From Camelus ferus (Eukaryota), in assembly GCF_009834535.1 (NCBI RefSeq), contig NC_045697.1, positions 103,480,001 through 103,544,000 of the forward strand: 64,000 nt of DNA. Direction: 5' to 3'. The notes beneath the pieces are model-generated. The model saw nothing but the letters and a program-made list of their open reading frames with translations. It was not told where the DNA came from and did not search any database. The position numbers and the translations under genes are program-made. Below, in pieces: positions 12,261 to 25,329 of the stretch (within the stretch, counting starts at the first letter, position 1; the number at the start of each line of letters is the position of its first letter).

Positions 12261-13245
12261 AATAGTCTTCAAAAGGCTCCCTTCCTTGTCTGCTCCACCT
12301 GGACTGAAGTGTCCCTTTGGATGTCAAAGGAATAATTGAGTAGGACACGTCATGAGGACCCATCAGAGTGCAGAGAGGGGTGGAGCAGAGAGTGAAATGG
12401 AACATTTTCCACTGAAATTTTCTGCACAATCAAGGCTTCGGGCAACTTGATTAATTTGGGCAATCACTTCTGAGTTCTGTGCTAGGGCCGAGTCCTTATT
12501 CTGCAGCAGATCATGACATTGAAATATTCTTGCTTGGGGCGGGGATTAAGATTTAAATGAAATTGTAGGTAGGAAAGGGAAATAGGTATGCAAATAGGGA
12601 GGGGTGAATGAGCTCTTTTTCTTCCTCCATCCCCCACCCCTCAGGGTGGAAATTTTAAGAAACAGACAACAGAGAAATAGAAGGCTGGAGGAATATGGAA
12701 GTGAGAGGTAAACATCACTGCAAGTGGTGTAAATGGAGGTAAGATGACGTAAATCACAGAAGCGTTTTCTGGTCAAACACAGGATTGAACTTTAGCATCT
12801 CAGCAGGTAACATTCATCTCTCTGAGCCTCAGTTTTCTCACAAGAATAATAATAGTACTTTTGATAAGGATTGTTAAAAATAATCTATGTGAAACATTCG
12901 ATGTAGGGCCTGCCTCATATTTTTAGCACCTACAAGGACAAAGGAGGGCCATTAGTGGGGGAAGGCTAATTTTGTCTGATACCTAAAACCAGGGGGCTGC
13001 CCGGTCCTGGGTGTTAGCCCACCCACCCCTTCTCGCTGCAGGTGTCCCGCCACCAACTGTCAGGAGCCCTTGTCTGGGCTCATATTGCAGCTGGAGCATA
13101 TGTGTTTCTCAAAGAGGAGGGGCCCTTCGTGTAATATTCCTGGAGGTCAACCTAGCTTTAGGTGGCCTGGGCTACTCGCTGCCCTGGGGATTTGGGGGTG
13201 GGGGTGGCTGTCCCCTTCTCTGCCTTACTAATTACCTTTCTCCCA

Positions 13246-13414
13246 GGGTGGGAGGTTATATAGCTCAGTGGCAAAGTGAGTGCTTAGCATGCACAAGGTC
13301 CTGGGTTCAATTCCCAGTACCACCATTAAAAAAATTAAATAAATAAAACAAATTACCTCCAAAAATAAATAAATAAAAAGTAAATAAAATTTAAAAGATA
13401 AACACTTTAAAAAG
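13246..13414 (+). mobile_element. tRNA-derived SINE (camelid Vic-1-like)
   Basis: A box TAGCTCAGTGG, B box GGTTCAATTCC, A-rich tail; TSD TAATTACCTTTCTCCCA / TAATTACTTTCCTCCCA. Confidence 0.9.
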
Positions 13415-13738
13415 TAATTACTTTCCTCCCAATAACTGATTATAATGGGTCAGACTTGTCCAAGGATGCCTATGCATTTGGACATTTTCCCACCAGTGTC
13501 CCTTCTTTATCTTTAAAATGTACAGTTTTGTAATTTGTGTCATTGTTGTTGTTATTTGGGGCTCTCATCTCTACCATTCAACACCACCGGGAACACCAAA
13601 CACTAACAAGAGACACTGCTGTATGACATAGAAGGGGACACGTTCAGCCCATTTGTGGGCAACTTATTCCTCTCCTGCTCTTCCAGCTCCTTTCCTGCCT
13701 TTAAACAAAGGCCAAAAGTGACTGGGAGAATGTCCAAA

Positions 13739-13770
13739 GGCAAGAAGAAAGCTGGCAAGAAGAAAGCTGG
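13739..13770. repeat. 15-bp perfect tandem duplication (GGCAAGAAGAAAGCT x2)
   Basis: Read directly. Confidence 0.9.
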
Positions 13771-13855
13771 TATAAAAGGCAGTCAAAAGTAGGCTCACCA
13801 GAATTACAACCACAGAGAACCCCCCCAACCCTCCCCCATCTCCCTCTCCCCTGCC

Positions 13856-13856
<1 letters not shown>

Positions 13857-13896
<40 letters not shown>
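13857..13896. repeat. (AC)20 microsatellite
   Basis: Read directly. Confidence 0.97.
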
Positions 13897-13898
<2 letters not shown>

Positions 13899-15340
13899 CT
13901 TTTTTCAGCCAATTCCTCACTTAGCACAGTACCAACATTTCAGGAAAGGCTTGGGCGATTTTTCTTTAGGAAATAACAATCAATGCTATTCATAAACACA
14001 GGAGCTCTCGCTGTCTCTTGAATGCCTAATACATTGCACTGGCAAAGATGAGATTACATAATCCAGACACCCTCGCTGCACCACAGAACATCTTCCACCA
14101 CACTGCTCAAGGGTCAGACACTGAACAAGTAGCGTCAATATTTTACCAGCTCCACGGTGGTTACTGAAAGCACCAGCCAAGTTTCTGAAGCAGAGAGAAG
14201 TCGGCTGTGCAGCTCACACGAAAAGCTATTGCAACCCAATCTCAGTATTACGACAGCTGGCTTAATTACTAACAGGAGAAGGCTGACTTTTTCCGTGTGG
14301 AGCCCAGAAAGTGAGTGAAAAGATTACATTTTCGTCAAGCTGTTTGTGGGTAGGGCATGCAAAACCAGTCCTTGCTTGCTTAAGAAGAGACAGAAATCCA
14401 GGGTGTGGACAGACTTTCAAGTTCAAGCATGGAGATGAGTGATCGGGTTGCCCCAAACTGCCTGCCTTAAGGAAGACTCTCCTGGGTCTACACAGAGGAA
14501 CGGCCACCAGCCTTCAGGTAGATTCTTTGGTTGTCCTTGTCCACCATGTCCCCATTCTATCCACCTAATATATTTCCCAGACAATGAGTTAATACATTCA
14601 CACATGAAACTTATTATGATAGAATGAAAGCTTCATCTGCTCTTTTCCACAAATTGAATTATTGAGACTCAGATTGAATTCTAAAAAAATCTCTTCTTGA
14701 GTCATTCTGGGAGGAAAATGAATCACATGTGTTGTGAACCTTGAGTGCCATGGTCTCCTTACGCTGCCATCAGTGCAGGGAGCGACATGCCTTGGAGGAG
14801 TGGGTGACCCTGGGCAACAGAAATCAGAAAAAGGGACTGGAAATGGGAACTTCTGCTGAATCTTTGAAACCACCCCTGTGGAGCACAGAACTCAGTGACA
14901 CAAGTGGCCCTGTGTGAGGTTTAGACCATCTACAGTCAACCATTCGTAAACTGGTTTAGTTATGACTCCCTTGAGAAACTATAATGTCTGTCACGTCTTG
15001 GACGTCTTGCAGGTTCCAAATCATAAAATAGAATGTCCAGGATATTCTGAACGGCTGTATTTACATCATCCATTTAAGTGACATGTCAACATTTATGCTG
15101 CTGGAGAATAGCTGTGGGAATTGCTGCTCTGAATACAAATTAATGATGAAAAGCACCAAACCAATGGCAGGGTGCGATGGAAAACCCAAACACTTCTTTC
15201 CAAAACTATATATGCACCGCGTGTGTGTGAGTGCCCTTGTGTGCCAGTAGGCATTAATCAATTGGTATTGGGCACCATAATTAAAACTCACTTCATCGGA
15301 AGCACACACTATGTTAGAATTTTTTCCCCAATAGTGTTTC

Positions 15341-15540
15341 TTTTTTTTTTTAAACCCTCATCCTAGGGTTCTTTGTTCGTTTGTTTTGGGTTGGTTTTTT
15401 TTTTTTTTTTTTTTTTTTTGGTGGGGGGAGGTAATTAGGTTTATTTATTCATTCTTGGAGGAAATACTAGGGATTGAACCCAGGACCTCATGCATGCTAA
15501 GCGTGTGCTCTACCACTTGAGCTGTATATACCCTTCCCGC
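15341..15540 (-). mobile_element. tRNA-derived SINE (Vic-1-like)
   Basis: Reverse B box GGGATTGAACC and T-rich tail; TSD CCCCAATAGTGTTTC / CCCCAATGGTGTTTC. Confidence 0.9.
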
Positions 15541-18500
15541 CCCCAATGGTGTTTCAGAGCAGCATGCTTTTATCCAAAATACAATGAAACACAACAACAG
15601 CAATGAAATTCTACAGTCCTTCACTCTTTGCTAGTACCCAGTATGTTAGAGGCATCAGGGGAGACACAAAATAATCAACACAGGACCCCACCTTCAGGGT
15701 ATATACCACCTTTTAAGAATACTGTTTCTCTCAAAACCTACAGAGAATTAAATTATAGGCAGTTCTACCCATTTGTTGTCAAAATAGAAAGAAAACCATA
15801 CTCTGCTGGAATAAATTTGCTTACAAAATGTATAAACAGATGCTGATATAGTAAACTTAAAGTATCATAGAAATGGAAGTCCTTTACTTATACTAACCAA
15901 TAAACTGAGTTAAAGAAAGTTTGAATGATTTGCTCAAGGTCACACAGCTATTTAATGGCTCAGATGGCATCGGAAGCCAGCTTTTGGACCCTCAGATGAA
16001 GACTGTCAGATGTACACCGTGAGTACCAAACTGGGATTTGATCTGGCTCTAAAATTCCGTGACTCCCTGAGGACTCTGTGACCATGCTACCACACCTCTG
16101 TCCTTCCTTTTCATGAATAAAGTCTCTCCATTGAACAAAAAACAAGTGTTTCATTAAGATGGAGAAACTAAAAACAACATAGTGCCTTATTCATTTTGGG
16201 GAACATTTTATATTGAAAATTTTAACATTAAGAGATTTTAGAGACTTGCCCAACAAGGAAAAGCACCTCGTCTGTTATCGCATAATATTTATTTACCAAT
16301 TAACTTTGATCACATCATTGAGCACGTAGCAAATTGTACTGTTGCGTCCTTGCGCTAAAGTACATGTAGAAACCGCCCTATTTTCACTCTGCAGTTGTAG
16401 TTGTTCATAGAACAGATTTCCCTTTATTTGGAATGTTTTAAACTGAGCATTTGATGTTAACATCATCACCCACTGAAAAAGTGCTAAGTGCTTCCTGAAG
16501 AATGAAAGGCAAACTGACCAGTTTCAAATCAATGCATGAGGCTTTGTTAGCATTTGCTGGCTGTCCAGCCTTAAGCTGCAGCTTGTGAGGTGAAAAAAGA
16601 AAGTTTGTGCCTGTTTTTATGGCATATTTCCAGTTGCTTTGCTTCAGCTTGCCTCCCAGTCCCTGCTTGCTGGGTCCTGGCAAGTCAGTAATCGTATTAG
16701 AAGACTGCGGTAAGAGGGATAAAATGTGACATTTGTATTGATAGTACTCTGAAACCTTGTTTCAATGCACTTCCCCACAACAGTAGCTCAATAACCCTAA
16801 GGGAGGCAGAAAACAATATTATTATGGGAAAACTGAGGTTCAGAAAATGTCAGTGACCTGCCCGTAATTTGACAGAGGGCAGACCCAGGACTAAAATCCA
16901 GGTCATCGGAAGTCTGGTTTGGGGCCATTCCCTCAAGTCAAGGAGGAACATGTAGCGATTGCTCAGTTTTAAGCCACCTTAGGCCTGGGAGATATCTCTG
17001 TGCCTGTGCCCTGCTGACTCCGGGAGTGGACCTCTGGCTTCTGGGTGTCCCTGGCTGCTGCTGCCTTACCTGACATGGGTCATGGCCACATCTTACCTTC
17101 CAATGTTCATGTACTTCCTTCCCTGTGCTCTGGTCTGTCTTGTTGGAGCTTTGAGATGTCACTCATGGGCCACCTTACTGCCCCACTTTTAATTTTTGGA
17201 TAAATTGGAGGAAACTGAAAACTTTGGGCAACAAGACTTTGAACCTGACCCTTCACTCTCAGTCTCAAGCTCTCTGCCGAACCTTTTAAAGAGATCTCAC
17301 TGGAGTAGGAAAATCATATTACGATTTACTGGGCTATTGGTGTTATGCTAAGAGTATTGTGTGTTCTTGACATCCTAACAAGATGAAAACTGCAGGAATT
17401 TAAGCCGTCTAAGCCCAGAACCCACACTCTTGGATGAGACAGCACCATTGTCTCCCACGATAACCACACTTGCAAGTTTTGTGTAACACTAGCATTGAGA
17501 AATCTCTTCCAAATCATGGGATCCTGGGTTTTCTTCTGCTGTGGCATAAACACAAACTACGAACCTACCGAATGAACAGCTGCAATTGATGTTTCCATCA
17601 TTAATTGGGGGTAATTATCAAAGAAATTTTTCTATTTAGCAGAATTTATGATGTCCTAACTTTTCCAGCAGTTTATTTCAGACAGATTTTTCTAAACAGT
17701 GGGAGAAAACAGTACCATACTAGCTTTTTAAAGTATATGTGGGAACTTTACTGCAAATATTAAACAGATCACTCACACACTGTTAGCATTTATTTTTAAC
17801 CCCTGAACAACAACAACGTGAGCAAATGCGACTATTTTTTCTCTATTATCTTTGAGATGCTTTCCTCTCAGAAAATAAGGCTATTAATAAGGGGGTGTAA
17901 GTGGAAACTTTAGGTGTCTCAAGATATATTACACTACAAATTACACTAAAACCTTTTTTTAAAGAAACAATTTTATCAAGATGAGTTTGCATATAAAAAC
18001 ATAACTAGCAAATGAACATATTAGGGAAATGTAGCCATTAGGCATGTTTTTATTATGCAGTAATTTATCCATGAACAGTTTATATTTCATATCCATATTA
18101 CAGTGTTTCCTTCCCTGCCACTGGGAGTACTCAAGCAGAACTGAATGAATGCTTATGAATCTGGAAAGTTCCAGAAGGGCGTTTGCAGTGGGTAGGAAAT
18201 TGAGTTATGTTGAACTATAAAATCCCTTCTAATTTGAAGATTCTATAATTTCCAACTTAAGAAAACTGAAATAAGGTCAATAGTTTAATAGACTTCAGGT
18301 CACAGTGAAATAAAAAGTCCTGCGGGATGGCGAGCACAGGGTCAGCAGAGCTGCAAACCAAATGCAGTGGCTTGTTCTGAGGATTCCTTTGACCTGTTGA
18401 ATTCTCAGCCTTGCCAGTAGAACATGGAGCATAAAGATGTAGGATCTCGAGCACTGAAGTGGGTGTACGTGGGAGGATGCAGAGGCCTCAGCCTATTTTG

Positions 18501-19034
18501 ATCCCCCAGCTGCCACTGAGTCTCTGGAGGTCACAGAGGAACATTCATAGGGAAACAGTCCAAGAAGCACTACAGACATCAGCTTTTGGAAATTCTACCG
18601 AGTGTTAGCAATGTAATGGGGGAAAGGTCCCAGTCTATGTCCAGATGTGCAGCAACTATCTGAAAAGGTTTGTTCTTGCCTCATTTGAAAACCCTGTAAC
18701 AACCTTTCTGAGGATTTATTCTCCAGGGAAATGTCAATTGTTGATTTCCATACTCCCAACATCCTTCATTGTCTATAGGCCTATAATTAAAATGCCAGCA
18801 TGCCTTGGTAGAGAGAGAGGGAGCAAATACAAAGTTAAGTAGCAAAGGAAAAGCCTTTGTAGAATGAAAGAATAATTTTTCCCTATTTTAAATTATTAAA
18901 AATATTTCTCAGTATGATCAGGGAATGGATTCTGGGGTGCCTGGTCAAGGAGGGGGAGAACACACGTTTAAACTTAAGATTTTTGTCTTTATCTTGGTTT
19001 TCCAGGGCTTCCTCTAGGTCCCATTTAAAGAGTT

Positions 19035-19305
19035 AATCAAACCAACCTAACATTCATGAGGGAACTGCTAAGACTGATGATGAAATTAGAGATTAGAAGC
19101 ACAAAATGGTTTAGTACCCCCAGTTAACTTTCTGGATTGACTGGAGGAGGACAAGGATGGAGCTTGGAAAGTACGGTGGATTACTGTAAACTCAATGAGA
19201 TGGTGACTTGAATGGCAGCTTCCACTCCAGATGTAGTCTCCTTACTGGAGGCAATTTCTAGAGCCAATGTGTGCAGGTACTGCTTGAGTTTATTCTTTTC
19301 GCTCT
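19035..19305 (+). mobile_element. ERV-L-type pol (RT) fragment, 5' part
   Basis: Translation VDYCKLNEMVT*MAASTPDVVSLLEAI resembles ERV-L RT VDYRKLNQVVTPIAAAVPDVVSLLEQI. Confidence 0.85.
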
Positions 19306-19309
19306 GACC

Positions 19310-19480
19310 CAGGGATTGGAAGACTTCTTCTGGACTGGATAGTTCATATGACAGGTTGTGCAGATCATACTTCCTCTGTTGCAACTGTTCAGCTCCACCA
19401 TTGCCACATGTAAGCAGCCACAGACCATGTATAAATGACTGGGCATGGCTGTATTCCGATAAAATTTTATTTCCAAACTA
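19310..19480. mobile_element. MER58-like hAT-Charlie element, left part (right part at ~20543-20591)
   Basis: GGGCATGGCTGTATTCCGATAAAATTTTATT core; resumes as GAGCCAGATTT...GCTGACTCCTG after the L1 insert. Confidence 0.75.
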
Positions 19481-19481
19481 A

Positions 19482-20542
19482 GCTGGAAGTGTCCCAGGAG
19501 CAATAAGCACATCTAGTGCCACGATCTTGGTTTCTAACATCATTCTCCAATAAAAAGAACTAAGGCTCCTAGGAAAAACATTCGATTCTAACACGGGGGC
19601 AAAAAAATACATAAGATGAGCCAAAAAGTAAGGAAGTGTTCAAAAAAAACTCACATTGATGGAGGTATGTCAAAGGAGCCAATTAAAAGAGCTTCCAATG
19701 GTCAAAGCTGGAACAATTTGAGCAAAAAAGGAAAGCAGTATTGGAGTATAACCCAAGGTGTATGGTAAATATCTATGAGCCCATGCTGATACAAATATAT
19801 GGTTGGATAAATTAGTAAATGGAGAAAAGAGACAAATCCCTCATGCAGAAGAATTCTAAATATACTCCATTCCAAAGAAGAAGGAGCATTCTTTAAGTGT
19901 GGGCTGTGCATGGTGACTTCTTTTCAAAGAATACAGTACAGTGTGGAAAGGTGGGAAAAAGTAACTTTACAGTAGAGAAACCTGACAAACACACCTCCAT
20001 GCAGGTGACTGAGGTCAACATCAACAGTTATAAGTCAGGTTGATAAGAGGTACCCTTGATATAATGTGATGAAGGAGCACTTTACATCTGTGATATTCTT
20101 CCCCAAAGCCAGAACCCCAGTTTAACCGTGAGAAAATCATCAAATTCCAATAGAAGGACATTCCACCATATTCCTGATCAGGACTCCTTAAAACTCTCAA
20201 GGACATCAAAAACAGGAAAAGTCTGAGACACTGTCAGTCACAGCCATGAGCAACCTAGGAAGATATGACAGCTACATGTAATAGGGTATCCTGGATGAGA
20301 TCCTGGCCCAGAAAAGGAATTAGGTAAAATTAGGGAAGTCTGAATAAACTACAAACTTTAGTAACAGTGTATTGATGTTGGTTCATTGACTGTGGAAAAT
20401 GTACCATACAAATGTAAGATGTTAACGAAAAGGAGAAAGCCTGGGGGTGGGTAGTTACAAGGGAGCTCTGTACTATCTGCTCAGTTTTTCTGTAAATTTA
20501 AAATAGTTCTAAAAAATTAAGACTGTTAATAAAATTTTTAAA
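19482..20542 (+). mobile_element. Old L1 3' UTR (L1MD-like)
   Basis: GATCTTGGTTTCTAACATCATTCTCCAATAAAAAGAAC...GTACTATCTGCTCAGTTTTTCTGTAAATTTAAAA, typical L1M 3' end. Confidence 0.8.
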
Positions 20543-20591
20543 AAGGTGATGAGCCAGATTTTACCTTCAGACTCTATCTTGCTGACTCCTG

Positions 20592-21070
20592 CTCTATGCC
20601 ATTAAGTAGAGAAAACAGTCAAGTTTGCTTTCACTTCATAGGAATAGTGGAACACATTTACCATTTTGCCTCAGGGTTATGTCAGTTCGGGGGCTCTCTG
20701 CAACAATATGGTACACAAGTACCTTGAACATCCAATTATCCCATAGGACATCATCGTGGTCCACTAGCTTGATGACATCTTGCTGACAAGAGTTGAAGAG
20801 CAGAAATTAAGAGGTATCCTAGAGGCTGTAAAAGCTACATGTCTGCAAGAAGGAAGGAAATATACAGCCCATAAAAACAGAGGAAGAGACCTACCACTTC
20901 AGTGAAGTTTCTGGGAGTCTTAGAGTCCAGGGCACAATAAAATATCTTCTTTAAAGGAATGACAGGGTGGAACATATTGTAGACCCTGTTTATTAAGAAA
21001 GGTACAATCTGGGGCTCTTTGAATTTTATTGCATTTGATTGTATTGCTCTGACCCATTTACAAAATGACC
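20592..21070 (+). mobile_element. ERV-L-type pol (RT) fragment, 3' continuation
   Basis: From 20624: FAFTS*E*WNTFTILPQGYVSSGALCNNMVHKYL...IVVH*LDDILL (LPQG motif and decayed YxDD). Confidence 0.9.
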
Positions 21071-22254
21071 TAAAGAATTGCTAAGATCTTCTAGGATGCA
21101 AGGAATACAGAACAGTCTATTATCTCAGTTAACAGGGTTTATTGTAAGATCACAAGGAAAGTAATAAAAACTAGGAAAAGTCAAGATCACCCAAGCTAAG
21201 TCCACTGAGAACTAAAAATATTATTGCTATTTAAGATGCACTGAAAGCTCTCACCATATGTCCACTTAACAGTTATCCCTCGCCATCAGACCTGCTCGTG
21301 ACTTAGGTCTTCCCCTTCCCACTTACTGTTTTAGTTTTTTTCTAGAACTAAAATTCTCTGCTCTCTCTTGGTTTCTGTTTCTGCTCCTGTTACTACTACA
21401 ATTGAATAATGATCTTGAATCTCATCTGTTTATCTCAAGATTTCTGTTTACTCAGAGCTTCTACCACCAACCCAGTTTTTGCTTACTGCCTTCTTTTTGA
21501 GCGTGGGTCTCTTGGCCTCTCCAGCCTGCTGTCTCTGAATGCTTTGCATTCAGTTTGTCAATAAGAGTTTCTGGCTGGACCCTTGACTCCTATCCAATAC
21601 CTTTTTACGATAGAGCTCTTAGGCTAGATTCTCTCATAGGCTTCTAGCCAAACTTATGATGGCTGACCAGCACCCACCCCTGGTCCAGTCAGCTTTGACC
21701 ATGATACACACGGTAACCCACTGACCTATGCAAGGGTTCTCTCCGAAGAGGTTGCTACTGTGGCAGGCTCTCTAAAGCTTCTCAGAATGAGGACCCTACA
21801 GCAGGAGGCACCTTTCCTGGCTCATCCAATTTAGTTTGCCATTTTGACTAAGGAAGACCCCAACCTTTAACACATTAAACAATTAAGGGGAAAAATTAAA
21901 ACTCTGACTTATTTCAAGTCGGCAGATGAGTTGGAAAGTTTCGATTGAGAGCAAGATACTCTGGGAGACCATCAGTCATTAGCATACTTCCTGTTCCCTT
22001 CTCTCTGCTTATATATGGAAGGTTTTCCTTGAGGTGGGTACTCTTGGTTTATGGGATATGAGTAGGGCTGTGAAGAAAAGGAACACGGTGGCTCCAAACC
22101 CCACACATGAGTCTAGCAGCTGCCATATCGAGAGCACGCTGTAGGGTTAGAGCTCAGGGGTCTTTTGTTAGTCCCAGCCTGGGTTGGGTCCTGTGGACAA
22201 TGATCAACTACTTGCTCACCTCTTTGTGTTTTTTTTCTTTGAAGAATGAACCTC

Positions 22255-22430
22255 ATATCACGGGGAACTATATTCAATTTCTTGTAATAACATATAATGG
22301 AAAAGAAAATAAAAATATATATATATGTATAACTGAGTCACTTTGCTGTACACCTGACACTAACATTGTAAGTCAACCACACTTCAATAAAAAACAAAAT
22401 TTAAAAAAAAGAAAAAGAAAAAATAATAAA
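22255..22430 (+). mobile_element. Short L1 3' end
   Basis: GGGAACTATATTCAATTTCTTGTAATAAC...ACTTCAATAAAA plus A tail. Confidence 0.85.
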
Positions 22431-22854
22431 TTGTTGTCTAATTAAATTATACTAGGAAAATTAATTTGTTTAAGCTAAAAACAGTAAAAAAAAAAAAAAT
22501 TAACCTGAACTTGGTGACTGTTTTTACTCATGGAAACCTGCTCATTGATACCCTTGGCACAGTTGCCTTGATTTTTGAGTTTCAACACTCAACCCACCAG
22601 CCTCCTCAGCCTGTCTCTGGCACAGCCTCTGCCAGGTGTGAGGGATGAAAGCACATCATTGAGATTTTCTCTCCCATCGCCTGTCATAGCCGGCTGTCAT
22701 CAACCCCTGGATTCATCCTTCTTGAATTCTGGGAAACTCTCTCCATTCTGCTTCAATGTGAAAAGAAGAAAAACTCTTTTTTCCTGATCTAGTTGTTTTG
22801 TGTTTGGAAGGGGAGAGGTGGAGTTACCGATTATCTTTTTATTGGCTTTCTGTT

Positions 22855-23235
22855 TAATTTTATTTTTTACCTAAGTGTAGTTGATTTGCAATTTTAGTTT
22901 CAAGTATACAGCAAAACAATTCAGTTATACATATATATTTTTTCTTTTCAGATTCTTTCCCATTATATGTTATTACAAGAAATTGAATATAGTCCCCTGT
23001 GCTATCAAGTAGGTCTTTGTTGTTTATTTTATATACAGTAATGTGTATCTGTTAGTCCCAAACTCCTAATTTATCCCTCCCATGCCCTTTCTCCTTTGGT
23101 AACCATAGTTTGGTTTCTATTTCACTGAGTCTATTTTTGGTCTGTAAGTAAAATTTTTATTTTTATTTTTAAATTCTACATATAAGTGATTTTTAAAATT
23201 TTATTTTTATTGAGTGTTGTTGATTTACAATTGAT
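22855..23235 (-). mobile_element. L1 3' end fragment(s)
   Basis: AATTGAATATAGTCCCCTGTGCTAT and TTTATCCCTCCC motifs, antisense. Confidence 0.8.
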
Positions 23236-24759
23236 TGTATTTTTAACAACAAATGAGTTTCCTTGCCATTTCCCACTATACCCACAAACCTCTTACCTGT
23301 CGTGTTCTTGTTCCTATAATTTCATATTAACACTAAGAGAATACTGAATGGAATCTTCTTTCAGTCACCACTCACATTAGCACTTATTTTGCTTGCAGTT
23401 TTGAAACTAAAAATCTATAAAATTTAAAACTATAAACTCCCCAGACACAGGGTTCTCAAACAATCATGAGTGACTGAATCTAGTGTTGAAATTACATTTC
23501 AGAAAGACTGGGTGAAGAATACTTCAGAGACTCAGAAATCATACCTTGGAAAAGCAATCGTGTTTTATTTTTTTACAAATCAAAATAGCATCATAACAGG
23601 ATTAATTCAGGTTATTATCTAAGAAAATATCAGCCTATGCACTGTACATAGCTTCAACACCCAGTCTCATTTTGTGGCAAGAAACTAAACATTTTATTGT
23701 ATAAGCACACAAAAAGCCTGTCATATTACTCATCACCCTGAGAAGCAGGTCATAGAACAGCAAAGTAATGTCACTAACAAGAAGCGGTTTTCTGTACTAG
23801 ACAGCAATTCTTACCCTGTCACAGATTTATCTTACTAGTGACAGAAAACTTGGCTGGTGTTAACCAGAACTGGTGCTTTCCCTAGCTCCAGACCAAAGCT
23901 TGAACGTGAGATAAGCTTATTCCACACTCAGTGTCAATCACATATTTCCTGCACTCAAAGTCACATCCTTCTTCTGATCTAAATGATTAAGGAGGATGTT
24001 TAAAAGCATACATTTCTGTATTTTGTTATAGAATCAGTAAGTATTATTTTGCAGTGCCAACATTAGTGAGAGGAGACTGAAGCTACTTTAATATGATTAA
24101 AGATAGCGGTCGTCACTACAACAAATGAGACCTACCAGTGGACACCCGATGTTTCTTCATGGCTGGCTACCTCTCTATTTACTTTGTGTGGGAAAATGCC
24201 AGGTCAATTAGTACAGGAATTTGCTGGGCTCACAAACGACCCTGTAAGGAGTTGGCATTCTGTTTTTCTAGTTCTGTTATGTCTGTTGTCTTTTCAAGAT
24301 ATGTTGTATGAAAAAGCTTAATGGAACTCTCATTTCTTTAAAGTCACTTGAGGATGAGATAGCAATGAGAATCTGGGGGTGTATACCGAGGCAGTAACCA
24401 GTAAAGGTTGCATGAGTAATTGGGCTCAGGGTAGGCAAATCAGCAGGGAGAGGGATGTGCCCCTCTGTGAGCAAGTGCTTGGCTGACAGTTGCTGACATG
24501 GGGATCTTGCTTGGGGTCAGTGGAGGGAACGGTGAAGCAGGGACAGCTCCAGAAAAAATGATACCTGCCACTGAGACCATTTGGATAATGCTGTGATTAA
24601 TCACAGATTCCACATTAGAACAAGGGAAAAAGAAATGGAGCCCCTGAAAGGAAAAGCCAACCTTTCTAGCTGGCCATTGCGTATGATTGGAAAAAGGAAC
24701 TGGACCAAGAAAAGTGAGTCAATACTCTTTCCTCTGCCTAGAACATAAAAATTATCACC

Positions 24760-25032
24760 ATCTCTTTGTCCAGCATCTCCTTCTCCTTCTTCAGTTCCCA
24801 ATTTAAATGTCACTGTCTGTATGACTCGTAATGTTTTCCTTTTACCTGGTACTTTCCCTCATAACACTTTTCACAGTTTAAAATTCCATATTATTTGAGT
24901 GTCAATTTGAAGGATGGCTATTTCCTAACTAGCCTGGGATTAACTTATTCAGTAAGTAGCTACTGAGCACATACTATGTATTGAGTGTACAAGATGTTAG
25001 AGATATTTGGTAAATGAATGAATGAATAAATG
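24760..25032. mobile_element. L2 3' fragment (others near 30960-31135, 38370-39060, 51430-51540, 63030-63170)
   Basis: ATATTTGGTAAATGAATGAATGAAT L2 tail. Confidence 0.6.
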
Positions 25033-25329
25033 ATGTGAGAATTGTCTTTCCAGGGACTCAGGGCTATTGAAATCCCCAGTGTCATGTTTTTGCAAGATGG
25101 TCTGATGTTTCTGGTGAAAAGTTTTTTGTATCAGATAAAAAAGACTTCCTTTGAGTGAGGTCAAAGATAGAACCTAAAGAAATCTTAGAAATTGTGGAAT
25201 GGAAGAGTCCAGATTGGAATGTGTGGGCCTGGAGGTCATATTTTGAGGAAACTTATAGAAAGGTTTTGATGATTCCTCTGAGCCTAAGAGAAAATATCAA
25301 GACAACTTACATTCTTATTAGATAAGAAG

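Noticed and set aside
13255..13325. tRNA gene
   Set aside because: A/B boxes are followed by a SINE body, A tail and TSD; it is a SINE head
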